Origin: a virus | Lineage: Duplodnaviria; Caudoviricetes | DNA length: 37,848 bases | Virus record (IMG/VR): IMGVR_UViG_3300042210_000067 | Coordinates: 1 to 37,848 of that record | Direction: 5' to 3' (one strand) | In this document: piece by piece, positions 18,605-26,893 of the stretch | Layout: each line of letters begins with the position of its first letter | Position numbering within the stretch: position 1 is the stretch's first letter | Position numbers and translations under genes: made by a program | The notes under the pieces: generated by a model | What the model was told of the DNA's origin: nothing | The model's input: only the letters and a program-made list of their open reading frames with translations | Database searches by the model: none

Positions 18605-19765
18605 ATGACCTTTAAACATGGCATCTTTGGAGTAACCGACAACAGTGGTGTGCGACCAATGCAAATGGCCGACACGTCTTTTGCTGTTGTTGTGGGAACC
18701 GCTCCAGACGCAGATGCAGAAACTTATCCTCTAAACAAACCCGTTCTTGTGGCTGGTAATATTCACAAAATCGCTAAGCTCGATATGGTTGGTAACAACG
18801 CTGGCACACTGCCGGATGCACTGGAAGCCGTCTACGACCAAAAGCGCTGTGCTATTGCGATTATTCGCGTTGAAGAAGGCGTGGATGCTGCGGCTACCAT
18901 CCTTAATATCATTGGCGGTGTTGACCCAGTAACGGGGGCAAAGTCAGGCATTGAAGCCATTCTAGATGTGCAATCCATTACGGGCAAACGTCCTCGTTTA
19001 TTGCATGTGCCTGATTTCTTAAAAGAGCAAGCAGTGCTTACCAAGTTACTACCTATCGCCACTCGATTGCGCTGCAAAGTGTTTGGTGAATGCCCGGGAA
19101 CCACTTACGAAGAAGCGGTGGCTTATCGTCAGTTGTGGGGTGACAAACGTTTAGAGCTATTCTGGCCACGCATGAAAAATGCCGAAGGTCGTTTGGTTCC
19201 GATGAGTTCGTACATGCTCGGTTTGGAAATACAAAAAGACCAGGACCCGAACTACGGCTACAGCGCCTCAACCTCCAACCTAAAAATCAACGGTACCTTG
19301 GGTACTGAAATTCCAATTGATTATGCAGATGGTGATACCAACTGCATGGCGCACTTACTGAACGAAAACCAAATCACCACTGTGATTCTCGATGACGGCT
19401 ACCGTTCTTGGGGCAACTTGAGCTGTAGTGACGATCCTAAATGGCAGTTCAACTCGCATGTGCGTGTCAACGACATGATTCTGGATATGATCACAACCAG
19501 CCTGAAATGGGCGCGTGACCGTAAAATCCTGCGCACTTTCGTGGAAGATGTGACGGACTCCGTGCAGCAAGGTCTTGATGGTGAAACCCGAGCAGGGCAT
19601 TTATACGGTGCAACCGCTTGGGCCGACCCTGATTTAAATCCGCCAGAATCCATTATTGCGGGTAACTTCTATCTGGATTACGACTTCACTCCTCCTGGTA
19701 TCGCTCAAAACATCACGGTCACCAGCCACTTTATTAACGATTACGCCGACGTAATCTTCGAGTAA
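18605..19765 (+). CDS. Tail sheath protein (P2 FI-like)
   Basis: FKHGI, VVGTAPDADAETYPLNKPVL, LNENQITT, GYRSWGN motifs. Confidence 0.93.
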   Translation: MTFKHGIFGVTDNSGVRPMQMADTSFAVVVGTAPDADAETYPLNKPVLVAGNIHKIAKLDMVGNNAGTLPDALEAVYDQKRCAIAIIRVEEGVDAAATILNIIGGVDPVTGAKSGIEAILDVQSITGKRPRLLHVPDFLKEQAVLTKLLPIATRLRCKVFGECPGTTYEEAVAYRQLWGDKRLELFWPRMKNAEGRLVPMSSYMLGLEIQKDQDPNYGYSASTSNLKINGTLGTEIPIDYADGDTNCMAHLLNENQITTVILDDGYRSWGNLSCSDDPKWQFNSHVRVNDMILDMITTSLKWARDRKILRTFVEDVTDSVQQGLDGETRAGHLYGATAWADPDLNPPESIIAGNFYLDYDFTPPGIAQNITVTSHFINDYADVIFE

Positions 19766-19774
19766 GGAATTCCC

Positions 19775-20287
19775 ATGGAACGCAGACCACCAAAAGTGCT
19801 CGCCGATTATGCCTGGTATCAGGACGGCGTTGGCTTACTTGGCTTAGTGTCAAAAGTAAAACTGCCTGCTTTAAACCGAGCGGTGGAAGAATACATTGCT
19901 GGCGGTATGGCTGGTTCAATCAAAATCGATATGGCTGCGGTTGAACCGGAAGATATCGAAATCACCATCGCAGAACTGAATGCAGAAACCATTGCTATGT
20001 ATGGCTTAACCAATGGCTATGAAAAGCCGTTTGTTTTCCGTTCCGCGCTGCAAGGTCAAAATGGTGTTGAAAGTTTTACAGTTAAAGCAACAGGTCGAGT
20101 TTACGGCTTGGATATGGGTGAGATTGAACGTAAAAAACTCTCTGAGATGAACTGCAAAATCACCTGGAACACTTACACCATTCTTTCTAACGGCGTTGAG
20201 CTAGTACACATCGATATTCTTGGCGGTATCGAGCGCGTAGGTGGCGTAGACCTGCGCTCTGGTATCAACAAAGCATTGGGTATTTAG
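19775..20287 (+). CDS. Tail tube protein (P2 FII-like)
   Basis: VKLPAL..EEYIAGGMAG, GGVDL C-terminus. Confidence 0.92.
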   Translation: MERRPPKVLADYAWYQDGVGLLGLVSKVKLPALNRAVEEYIAGGMAGSIKIDMAAVEPEDIEITIAELNAETIAMYGLTNGYEKPFVFRSALQGQNGVESFTVKATGRVYGLDMGEIERKKLSEMNCKITWNTYTILSNGVELVHIDILGGIERVGGVDLRSGINKALGI

Positions 20288-20295
20288 GAGTAACC

Positions 20296-20652
20296 ATGTA
20301 TCAACCAATTAAAATCGCTCTGCAGGTACCACAGAAGCTCGACGGTCAGGAACAAACCGTTTTAACCATGCGACCACCGACAACCAACGATGTCATTCTG
20401 GCGCAGAAGAACAGCCGCTTGGCTCATAACGGTGAATTTTATGATGATAACGCAGAGCATGAAGCGCACTTGTTTGCCAACCTGACGAACACGACCCGCG
20501 AGTTCATTGGTAGCTTAGCGCAATATGACTACCTGCAACTGCAAAAGGCGTATGACTGTTTTTTGCTGCCGATCCAGCAGTATGTCGCCAAGTCTGCATT
20601 GCTATTTCCAAGTTCTGCGGTGGAGTCTCCTTCGAAGAGCTCCGACGATTAA
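20296..20652 (+). CDS. Tail assembly chaperone (gpE-like); -1 frameshift product extends to 20726
   Basis: LTMRPPT..D, LFANL, DYLQLQKAY motifs; TTTTTTG at 20559-20565. Confidence 0.85.
   Translation: MYQPIKIALQVPQKLDGQEQTVLTMRPPTTNDVILAQKNSRLAHNGEFYDDNAEHEAHLFANLTNTTREFIGSLAQYDYLQLQKAYDCFLLPIQQYVAKSALLFPSSAVESPSKSSDD
20559..20565 (+). other. Programmed -1 ribosomal frameshift site (T6G)
   Basis: Same T6G sequence as the P2 E/E' site; -1 frame stays open to TAA at 20724-20726. Confidence 0.8.
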
Positions 20653-20728
20653 CCATAGCGGAGTTATACGACTGGCTCACTGATTGTAAAACAGTGAGCC
20701 AGCTGCAAGACGAAAAAGAGGACTAACA

Positions 20729-22858
20729 ATGGCAGACAACAAAGCATCTGTCGGGATTGGTGTAGAAGCTCGGGTTGACAGGTCTGTCTCCCGAGCTTTT
20801 GACGATCTAGAGCGCCAGAATCAGCGCCTGGGCAAAAGCAATCAACGACTAAAAAACGAGACCACTAAGCTCGGTAGAGAAAATCAACGCACGGGCAGAA
20901 CCGTTACCCGAACAGGTAATGGATTCACCAATGCGGGTAAAAAGATTCGTAAATATACGCAGGATATTGGTTCAGCCATCAAGAAAAGCGACCTTATGCG
21001 TCGCAGTATGGATAAGCTTGATGACGGTCTGGATAGCGTTGGTAACAAATGGACAGCTCTTGCAACAGGCGCTGCAGGTACGGGCTCTGCCGTCGCGGTT
21101 ATGGGGCTGGAAGAACGTTATGAACGTTTAGGTATTCAGGCGGGCAAAACCAAAGATGAAATGGCGACGCTGCGAGCCGAGATGTTTGCCACTTCTCAGC
21201 AAGCGGATGTTCGTGTAGACCAAAGCGAAATGCTTTCTGCAGTCGAAAAGATTGTAGAGAAAACTGGTGATCTCAAATTCGCCCAGGACAACATGGCCAA
21301 CATCGGTCGCGTTATGCAAGCCACTGGTGCCGCGGGTATCGATGTCGGTGAAATGTTTGCGGATATGTCGCAGAAGTTCGGGTTGAAGAATAGCGAAGAT
21401 GTGCTTTCTGCGATCGACACACTAGTCGTCCAGGGTAAAGCCGGTGCATTCACATTGCAGAACTTAGCGGCTGAAGGTGCTTCTGTATCTGCAGCTTATG
21501 CTGCAATGGGAAGAACAGGGCCAAAAGCTGTTCAAGAAATGGGTGCCATGCTGCAAATCTCCCGTATGGGTTCTGGCTCTGCAGCAGAAGCGGCTAGTGC
21601 TATGGAATCTGTTCTGGCAGACATCACTTCCAACTATGAAGACATCGAGAAGCTTGGCATTGAAGTGTTTGATGAAGAAGCGCTAGCGCGAGGGGAAAAG
21701 AAATTCCGCGACCTGCCTTCAATCGTCAAAGAGATCATGGAAGCCACCAATTCCGACATTACCGAATACAGCCAACTGTTTGGTGATGAAGCCATGCGCT
21801 TTATGAAAGTACTCTCCAGTGAAGATGGAAAAGCCTCGTTCGATTCTTTCTTGTCTATCAGTGGCGATGGTACCGCTGTTCTGCAGGACTCTGCTCGAGC
21901 AGCTCAAACCGCGAACGCAGCCATGATGACATTGAAAACCGCATGGATGAGCTTCGCCGATGAAAAACTGGCAGAGCCGATCGCAGGCCTTGCCGATGCA
22001 ATCAACAGCATCGAACCTGAAAACCTCAATAAGGCATTAACCGGTGCAACAGCATTAGCGGGAACACTTGGCGCTGTATGGGCAGGGCGTAAAGCGTACA
22101 AAATGGGTAAAAGCGTGGTTGATTTTGTGCGTGGTCCCAAAGGTGGCGGTGCAGGTGTACCAGGTTTACCAAGCGGTGAAGTGTCTAATGTTTATGTTAC
22201 CAACATGCCATCAGGTGGCTTTAGTGGAGGAATGGAAGGAGGAAGAACGCGCAAGCGCGGTAAACCACGTACTCGTTCTATGCCTGGCAGAACGCTCGGT
22301 AAGCTTGGAGGTTTAACTCGTAAGTTGCCTTATATCGGCGCAGCTCTGGGAGCTCTCGATATTGGCTCAACACTGATGAATGATTCACTCTCAAGCAAAG
22401 AGAAATCTCAGCAGGTCGGTGGAACCGTAGGAAGCATGGGTGGCGCTATGGCGGGCGCGTCTCTTGGTGCTGCAATGGGTTCGTTTGTGCCTGTTATTGG
22501 TACCGCTATCGGCGGTATAGCAGGTGCATTAATTGGCGGTATGGGTGGTGATTCACTAGGTAGTTGGATTGGTGGTCTGTTCGGTTCAGATAGATCCAAA
22601 CCCGGTGACGCTGTGAAAAAAGGCAATGCGCAAAGTGCTCTCCAATTAACTCAAACCGCAAATAGCACAGCAAGAACGCTCAACAGTTCGTCCAATAGCA
22701 ACGCACCGGCACAGATAAACTTCAACCCTGTTTTCCATGTTCAAGGCAACGCCAGCGATGAACAAATCGATAAGCTAGAGAAGATGGTTGTACGAGTAGC
22801 CAAGCAGATGGAAAAACTGAATGTGGGCGGTCGCAATGTACGCTTTGCAGATTCATAA
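20729..22858 (+). CDS. Tail tape measure protein
   Basis: 709 aa, Ala/Gly-rich helical protein after the chaperone; Gly-rich hydrophobic C-terminal repeats. Confidence 0.92.
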   Translation: MADNKASVGIGVEARVDRSVSRAFDDLERQNQRLGKSNQRLKNETTKLGRENQRTGRTVTRTGNGFTNAGKKIRKYTQDIGSAIKKSDLMRRSMDKLDDGLDSVGNKWTALATGAAGTGSAVAVMGLEERYERLGIQAGKTKDEMATLRAEMFATSQQADVRVDQSEMLSAVEKIVEKTGDLKFAQDNMANIGRVMQATGAAGIDVGEMFADMSQKFGLKNSEDVLSAIDTLVVQGKAGAFTLQNLAAEGASVSAAYAAMGRTGPKAVQEMGAMLQISRMGSGSAAEAASAMESVLADITSNYEDIEKLGIEVFDEEALARGEKKFRDLPSIVKEIMEATNSDITEYSQLFGDEAMRFMKVLSSEDGKASFDSFLSISGDGTAVLQDSARAAQTANAAMMTLKTAWMSFADEKLAEPIAGLADAINSIEPENLNKALTGATALAGTLGAVWAGRKAYKMGKSVVDFVRGPKGGGAGVPGLPSGEVSNVYVTNMPSGGFSGGMEGGRTRKRGKPRTRSMPGRTLGKLGGLTRKLPYIGAALGALDIGSTLMNDSLSSKEKSQQVGGTVGSMGGAMAGASLGAAMGSFVPVIGTAIGGIAGALIGGMGGDSLGSWIGGLFGSDRSKPGDAVKKGNAQSALQLTQTANSTARTLNSSSNSNAPAQINFNPVFHVQGNASDEQIDKLEKMVVRVAKQMEKLNVGGRNVRFADS

Positions 22859-22867
22859 GGAGAACCC

Positions 22868-23260
22868 ATGGCAGATGTAATGATGGCACTGGGTGAATAT
22901 CGCTTCAGTATCGATACCGCCGCTCTGCAAAGCATTAGTGAAACCTACGCTTGGCGCTGGGCTGATAAGAATTTGGCTGGTCGAAAACCCCGTTCACAAT
23001 TCATCGGTGGTGACTTGGCCACACTGCGTTTTGAAGGAACCATTTATCCGCATTTCAGAGGTGGCTTAGGGCAAACCGATAAGATGAAAGCGGAAGGAGA
23101 CAAAGGCAAGCCGCTGCGCATGATTGACGGTTTAGGTCGAGACTGGGGCTTATGGACAATGCGAACGCTGGAAGTGAACAAAACCAAACTCTTCACCAAA
23201 GGTGTTGCGCGAAAAATCGAATTCACCATCGAGATCAAAGAGTATCCTGATAAGGAATAG
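22868..23260 (+). CDS. Tail protein (P2 gpU-like)
   Basis: MMALGEYRFS, QFIG, LRFEGTIYP, G..WG.W motifs. Confidence 0.9.
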   Translation: MADVMMALGEYRFSIDTAALQSISETYAWRWADKNLAGRKPRSQFIGGDLATLRFEGTIYPHFRGGLGQTDKMKAEGDKGKPLRMIDGLGRDWGLWTMRTLEVNKTKLFTKGVARKIEFTIEIKEYPDKE

Positions 23261-23262
23261 CC

Positions 23263-23469
23263 ATGACCAAGTACATCACAAAAGAAGGTGACCAAATCGA
23301 TGACATCGCATACCGCTATTACGACGGTATGCCAGGAGCATTTGAAGCCGTACTAAAAGCCAATCGAGGGCTTTCGGCATTGCCTCATCCATTAGCAGCT
23401 GGCGTAGAAATAGAACTGCCTGCTCTCGAGCAACCGGCACAAGAAGAAGAGATCAGCTTATGGGATTGA
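23263..23469 (+). CDS. Tail protein X (LysM-like)
   Basis: TKEGD..D.IAYRYY, VLKANRGL, GVEIELP, terminal LWD. Confidence 0.92.
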   Translation: MTKYITKEGDQIDDIAYRYYDGMPGAFEAVLKANRGLSALPHPLAAGVEIELPALEQPAQEEEISLWD

Positions 23470-24467
23470 ACAACTACAAAATAGTCGCTAACGGTAAAGA
23501 CATAACCCCAACCATTCGCGATTTCTTTGTTCGTCTGGTCATCAATGACGCAGCGGGTATCGATAGCGATAGCTTTGAACTGGTACTAGCAGATGACGGC
23601 AAAATAGCGTTCCCACGCAATGAAGCCACCATGCAAATCTACACAGGGAAAGATGATAAACACTTGGTGTTCAGGGGCAGCTACACCGTTAACTCAGTAA
23701 AACTGCGCAGCCCTGAAAAACAAATTGTGCTCTCTGGCGATGCCGCGAACCTAGGCGGCAGTTTTAAAACTCAGCGTGATTACACCTGGCAAACCACCAC
23801 ACTGAAAACTCTGGTTGAAACCGTGGCACAACGTAACGGCTTAACGCCTTCGGTGTCTGCAGAATATGCCAATACCACAATTGAACACTACATTCAGGCA
23901 GGCCAAAGCGATGCCGATTTAGTGACAGAACTGGCAACCGAGCATGGCGCCACTATGAAAGTGGCCAATAAAAAACTCGTCTTTTTTCCTCGTGGAGATA
24001 ACCAAAGCGTAAGCGGTAAAACCTTACCTGCGGTAGCAGTGCATTTAACCGATGAGACAGAAGCAGAAATCACTCTGGAAGGAACCGGAAAGTTTCAGGC
24101 GGTAGAAGCGTACTGGCAAGCTGTAGCCGAAGGGCAAAAACAAGTTGTGCGGGTGGGGGAAAGTACAGGAAAAGTGAAGAAGCTCAGCAAAGTGTACCCA
24201 ACACAGGCGGCAGCGAAAGCCGCTGCTCAGTCTGCTTTGTATCGAGAGCAGTGTGGTGATTACAAACTCACCTTAGATGAAATGCCATTTATCGCTGGCA
24301 TACAGGCCGAGCGCAACATAGTGCTATCCGGCCATACTCGAAAAGAGTTCAACACTTACTGGATGTGCCAAAGCGTAAGAGAAGTATTATATGAGAACGG
24401 ACATGTGCTAAGCGGGGAGTTTGTTATCCCCAAACAGGATATTGGGGATATACCGAGGTTGGTGTAG
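23460..24467 (+). CDS. Baseplate hub (P2 gpD 'late control D'-like)
   Basis: DAAGIDSDSFELVLAD, QAGQSDADLVTELA motifs; follows gpX. Confidence 0.88.
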   Translation: MGLNNYKIVANGKDITPTIRDFFVRLVINDAAGIDSDSFELVLADDGKIAFPRNEATMQIYTGKDDKHLVFRGSYTVNSVKLRSPEKQIVLSGDAANLGGSFKTQRDYTWQTTTLKTLVETVAQRNGLTPSVSAEYANTTIEHYIQAGQSDADLVTELATEHGATMKVANKKLVFFPRGDNQSVSGKTLPAVAVHLTDETEAEITLEGTGKFQAVEAYWQAVAEGQKQVVRVGESTGKVKKLSKVYPTQAAAKAAAQSALYREQCGDYKLTLDEMPFIAGIQAERNIVLSGHTRKEFNTYWMCQSVREVLYENGHVLSGEFVIPKQDIGDIPRLV

Positions 24468-24479
24468 TGATTTGTAATT

Positions 24480-25385
24480 TTAAAGATAGTTACCAATAAA
24501 CTGTAGAATGAACCCTATGACGATCATTGCCATTGCGATGCGGGTTATTAGTATTTTACGCTTATACGATTTGATTTCTTCTGGCGTTGGATCTTCCACA
24601 GTTAGCGTGGCATTGCCTTCTAAGTAATCTTTTTTGTCTGCGAAATTTATTTCAGCAACGAAAAACCAAAGTAACACAACACCAATGATGTCTAAGGTCA
24701 ACCCTATGACAGATAGATTTGACTTTGTAATAAGGGCAACGAAGAAATTAAATATGTGCGCTATGACTCCCATAAACTCTTGCATAAACACCCCATGTAA
24801 TGTGGATAAATATATAGAAATCAGAATCTTAAAAGTCATGAAAACTAACAGCCAGAATGAAGCACTGATTAAAGCTGCATGTGACATGTTTAAGTTAGTT
24901 ATTTTTTCGTTATTTAAGTCATAGTTTGCTCTTAATGCTACAAGTAAATTTTCAGTTATATATTGACTACTGCTGCTCCCCACATTACCTATTAGGTCGT
25001 TCCAACCTAATAGGTAATGTTTGGTTACTTTGAGTGTTTTCAGAGCCCAAACTCCTGATCTTACGAGTTGTATTAAAGCCAATAAAAATGGCATGAATAA
25101 AATAATATCTACAAAGCTAATGCTATTACTGATTTTTGGCATTAAGGATGAAAAAAAAGCAATTAATGCTGTCACTGCAGCAATATATATCCCTGCTTTA
25201 TTATCGGCACCATCACGTCTAGATTGCTCTTGATCGTATAGCCGCCTAGCCTCTTCTAATACGGTAGCGTCATTTATATCTTTAAGAGATTCACGGATTC
25301 TTATTATATCGGTACTTCGAGAAGCATTTAGGCTCTCTAGGTCACTTTTGTTTTCAAATCTTGGCCAAAACCAGTCGTAGTTCAT
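24480..25385 (-). CDS. Multi-pass membrane protein: N-terminal 3-TM Pycsar-effector-like domain plus C-terminal 2-3 TM domain
   Basis: ADNKA followed by TM1; TM2; NYDLNNEK followed by TM3; then GLTLDIIGVVLL...GFILQ; ATGA overlap with the ATP-grasp stop. The ORF is solid, the family call is an inference. Confidence 0.6.
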   Translation of the reverse strand: MNYDWFWPRFENKSDLESLNASRSTDIIRIRESLKDINDATVLEEARRLYDQEQSRRDGADNKAGIYIAAVTALIAFFSSLMPKISNSISFVDIILFMPFLLALIQLVRSGVWALKTLKVTKHYLLGWNDLIGNVGSSSSQYITENLLVALRANYDLNNEKITNLNMSHAALISASFWLLVFMTFKILISIYLSTLHGVFMQEFMGVIAHIFNFFVALITKSNLSVIGLTLDIIGVVLLWFFVAEINFADKKDYLEGNATLTVEDPTPEEIKSYKRKILITRIAMAMIVIGFILQFIGNYL

Positions 25386-26329
25386 AGCTGTGACTCACCT
25401 ATTTTTAGTAATTCACTTACGATGCTGTTAGCTATAGGAGCTTGCGTTTGGTTTTCTATCCAAGCCCATTGACCATTTGGATTTATTTCAAGGAACCAGT
25501 AGTTATCAGATGTGTCACAAATAAAATCTATTGCTCCAAATCTTAGATTCAACAACTTAGTGAGCTCTATACAACGCTTTTCAATTTCGATTGGCAGTTC
25601 AATAATTTTATGTACTAGTTCGCAGTGACCACCTCTCCTCCAATCAACAACTGTTTCTGCATAATCTTGGGAAAATATCGCCGTAGCAAAAACACTTTCT
25701 CCGACAACCGTTACTCTAACATCATACTTTTTACTTATTTCTTGTTGAAATATCACAGGTGCAGCGCTTAGTGGTTCGGCATCACTTTCTGTCAATTGAT
25801 TAATTCGGTTTGTGAAAATTACTTTTTCTTCTTCGTCTTCAAGTAAGGCTTGTCTCAAAGGTTTTGCTATTAAGCTAATGTTTTGTTCTAAGCTTTTTGC
25901 AGTATCGATATCGTTTGTAATTGTATTTTTGGGAATAGCAAATCCAAGCTGCTTTGCTAATAGCAACTGTTTAGGCTTATCTTCGGCGAGTGTTATATCT
26001 ACAGGAGAACTGAACCATTTATTTTCTAATCGTGCATATATGCTTTTTAAAAAAGCTTGCCATTCTGTACTAACATAAGTGCTTATACCTACATTGTTCG
26101 TTGAAAGCTTAGCTGCTGGTATGCCTGGTCTTCTAAAATAGGCTGCGGAAACCTGTTGTCCGTTTATAGTGCCTATTGACCAGTCATCAATGTGTTCATT
26201 ACCTATTCGGCATTTATATTGATAGATAGTTTCTGTATTTAAACGGAAAAAAGGAATTTTACGTAAACGAAGATCTCTTACTATGTAATCCATAGTGAGA
26301 TCTCTTTGATTTGTAATAAGCAAAATCAT
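25382..26329 (-). CDS. ATP-grasp RiPP macrocyclase (graspetide synthetase, MvdC/MvdD-like)
   Basis: MILLIT..D, FRLNTE, YFRRP, AEDKPKQL, IAKP, PVIFQQEISKKYDVRVTVVG, DWR, FGAIDFI, FLEINPNGQW. Confidence 0.93.
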   Translation of the reverse strand: MILLITNQRDLTMDYIVRDLRLRKIPFFRLNTETIYQYKCRIGNEHIDDWSIGTINGQQVSAAYFRRPGIPAAKLSTNNVGISTYVSTEWQAFLKSIYARLENKWFSSPVDITLAEDKPKQLLLAKQLGFAIPKNTITNDIDTAKSLEQNISLIAKPLRQALLEDEEEKVIFTNRINQLTESDAEPLSAAPVIFQQEISKKYDVRVTVVGESVFATAIFSQDYAETVVDWRRGGHCELVHKIIELPIEIEKRCIELTKLLNLRFGAIDFICDTSDNYWFLEINPNGQWAWIENQTQAPIANSIVSELLKIGESQL

Positions 26330-26349
26330 GTATGTGTCAACTGCCTATA

Positions 26350-26694
26350 TTATAACTCGAATCCATTATCATCAGATTCCATTTGTACATCGGTCTTTGT
26401 CACAAGTTCTGGTAGGCAAGACTTAGTAATGAGACCATCATCATCACTTTCAGGTGATACGAATGTTTTTGTTACCAGCTCTAGAGCGAAATTAGCTTCA
26501 TCGTCAGACTCGGTTTCTGCTTTGGTTTTAGTTACTAGTTCAGCGGTATTTGACATCTCAATTACTGGCTTGCTTGTTTTTTCATCAACCCACATGTCGA
26601 GTTCTTCACAGTAGTGGCCTCCAATAGATGGTCCTGAAGTTCTGGGAACCGCAAAGTTCACCAGAAATGGGGTGTTATCTCTGATTTCTAACAT
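26350..26694 (-). CDS. Multicore graspetide precursor peptide (leader plus three cores)
   Basis: Leader with PFLVNFA; cores ELVTKTKAETESDD, ELVTKTFVSPESDD, ELVTKTDVQMESDD; AAGGA RBS 7 nt before ATG 26694 (alternative ATG 26697); 20 bp upstream of the ATP-grasp gene. Confidence 0.9.
   Translation of the reverse strand: MLEIRDNTPFLVNFAVPRTSGPSIGGHYCEELDMWVDEKTSKPVIEMSNTAELVTKTKAETESDDEANFALELVTKTFVSPESDDDGLITKSCLPELVTKTDVQMESDDNGFEL
26368..26541 (-). repeat. Three peptide-level repeats ELVTKTxxxxESDD (26500-26541, 26440-26481, 26368-26409)
   Basis: Read directly from the translation; codons differ between copies. Confidence 0.95.
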
Positions 26695-26722
26695 CATGCA
26701 TTCCTTAAATATCCAAATCACT

Positions 26723-26751
26723 AGAATGGTTTAACTTTTAATTTCATGCAA
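26723..26751 (-). promoter_or_regulatory. Candidate sigma70 promoter of the graspetide operon
   Basis: TTGCAT-17 bp-CATTCT on the minus strand just upstream of the precursor RBS. Confidence 0.35.
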
Positions 26752-26836
26752 CAAAGTTATAAGCATCTAGTTGTCATATTGATTTTTATGTGATCTACAA
26801 GCATTACCGTTTGCGATAGGCAACTAAAATAATGTC

Positions 26837-26881
26837 TTGATTTCATATTCCTAGTTAAAGATACTGTATGTACATACAGTT
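26837..26881 (+). promoter_or_regulatory. LexA-repressed sigma70 promoter
   Basis: TTGATT (26837-42)-17 bp-GATACT (26860-65), overlapped by the perfect palindrome CTGTATGTACATACAG (26864-79). Confidence 0.85.
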
Positions 26882-26893
26882 GTTTTAGGGGTA

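Noticed and set aside
25382-26329. RimK or glutathione synthetase housekeeping ligase
   Set aside because: EINPNGQW and DWR motifs plus the adjacent repeat precursor fit graspetide synthetases better
26368-26541. CRISPR-like or DNA tandem repeat
   Set aside because: Repeats are conserved as peptide, not nucleotide, and spacing is uneven; explained by the RiPP cores
26786-26807. CRP-like site TGTGATCTACAAGCAT upstream of the graspetide operon
   Set aside because: Only one half-site matches; could arise by chance in AT-rich DNA
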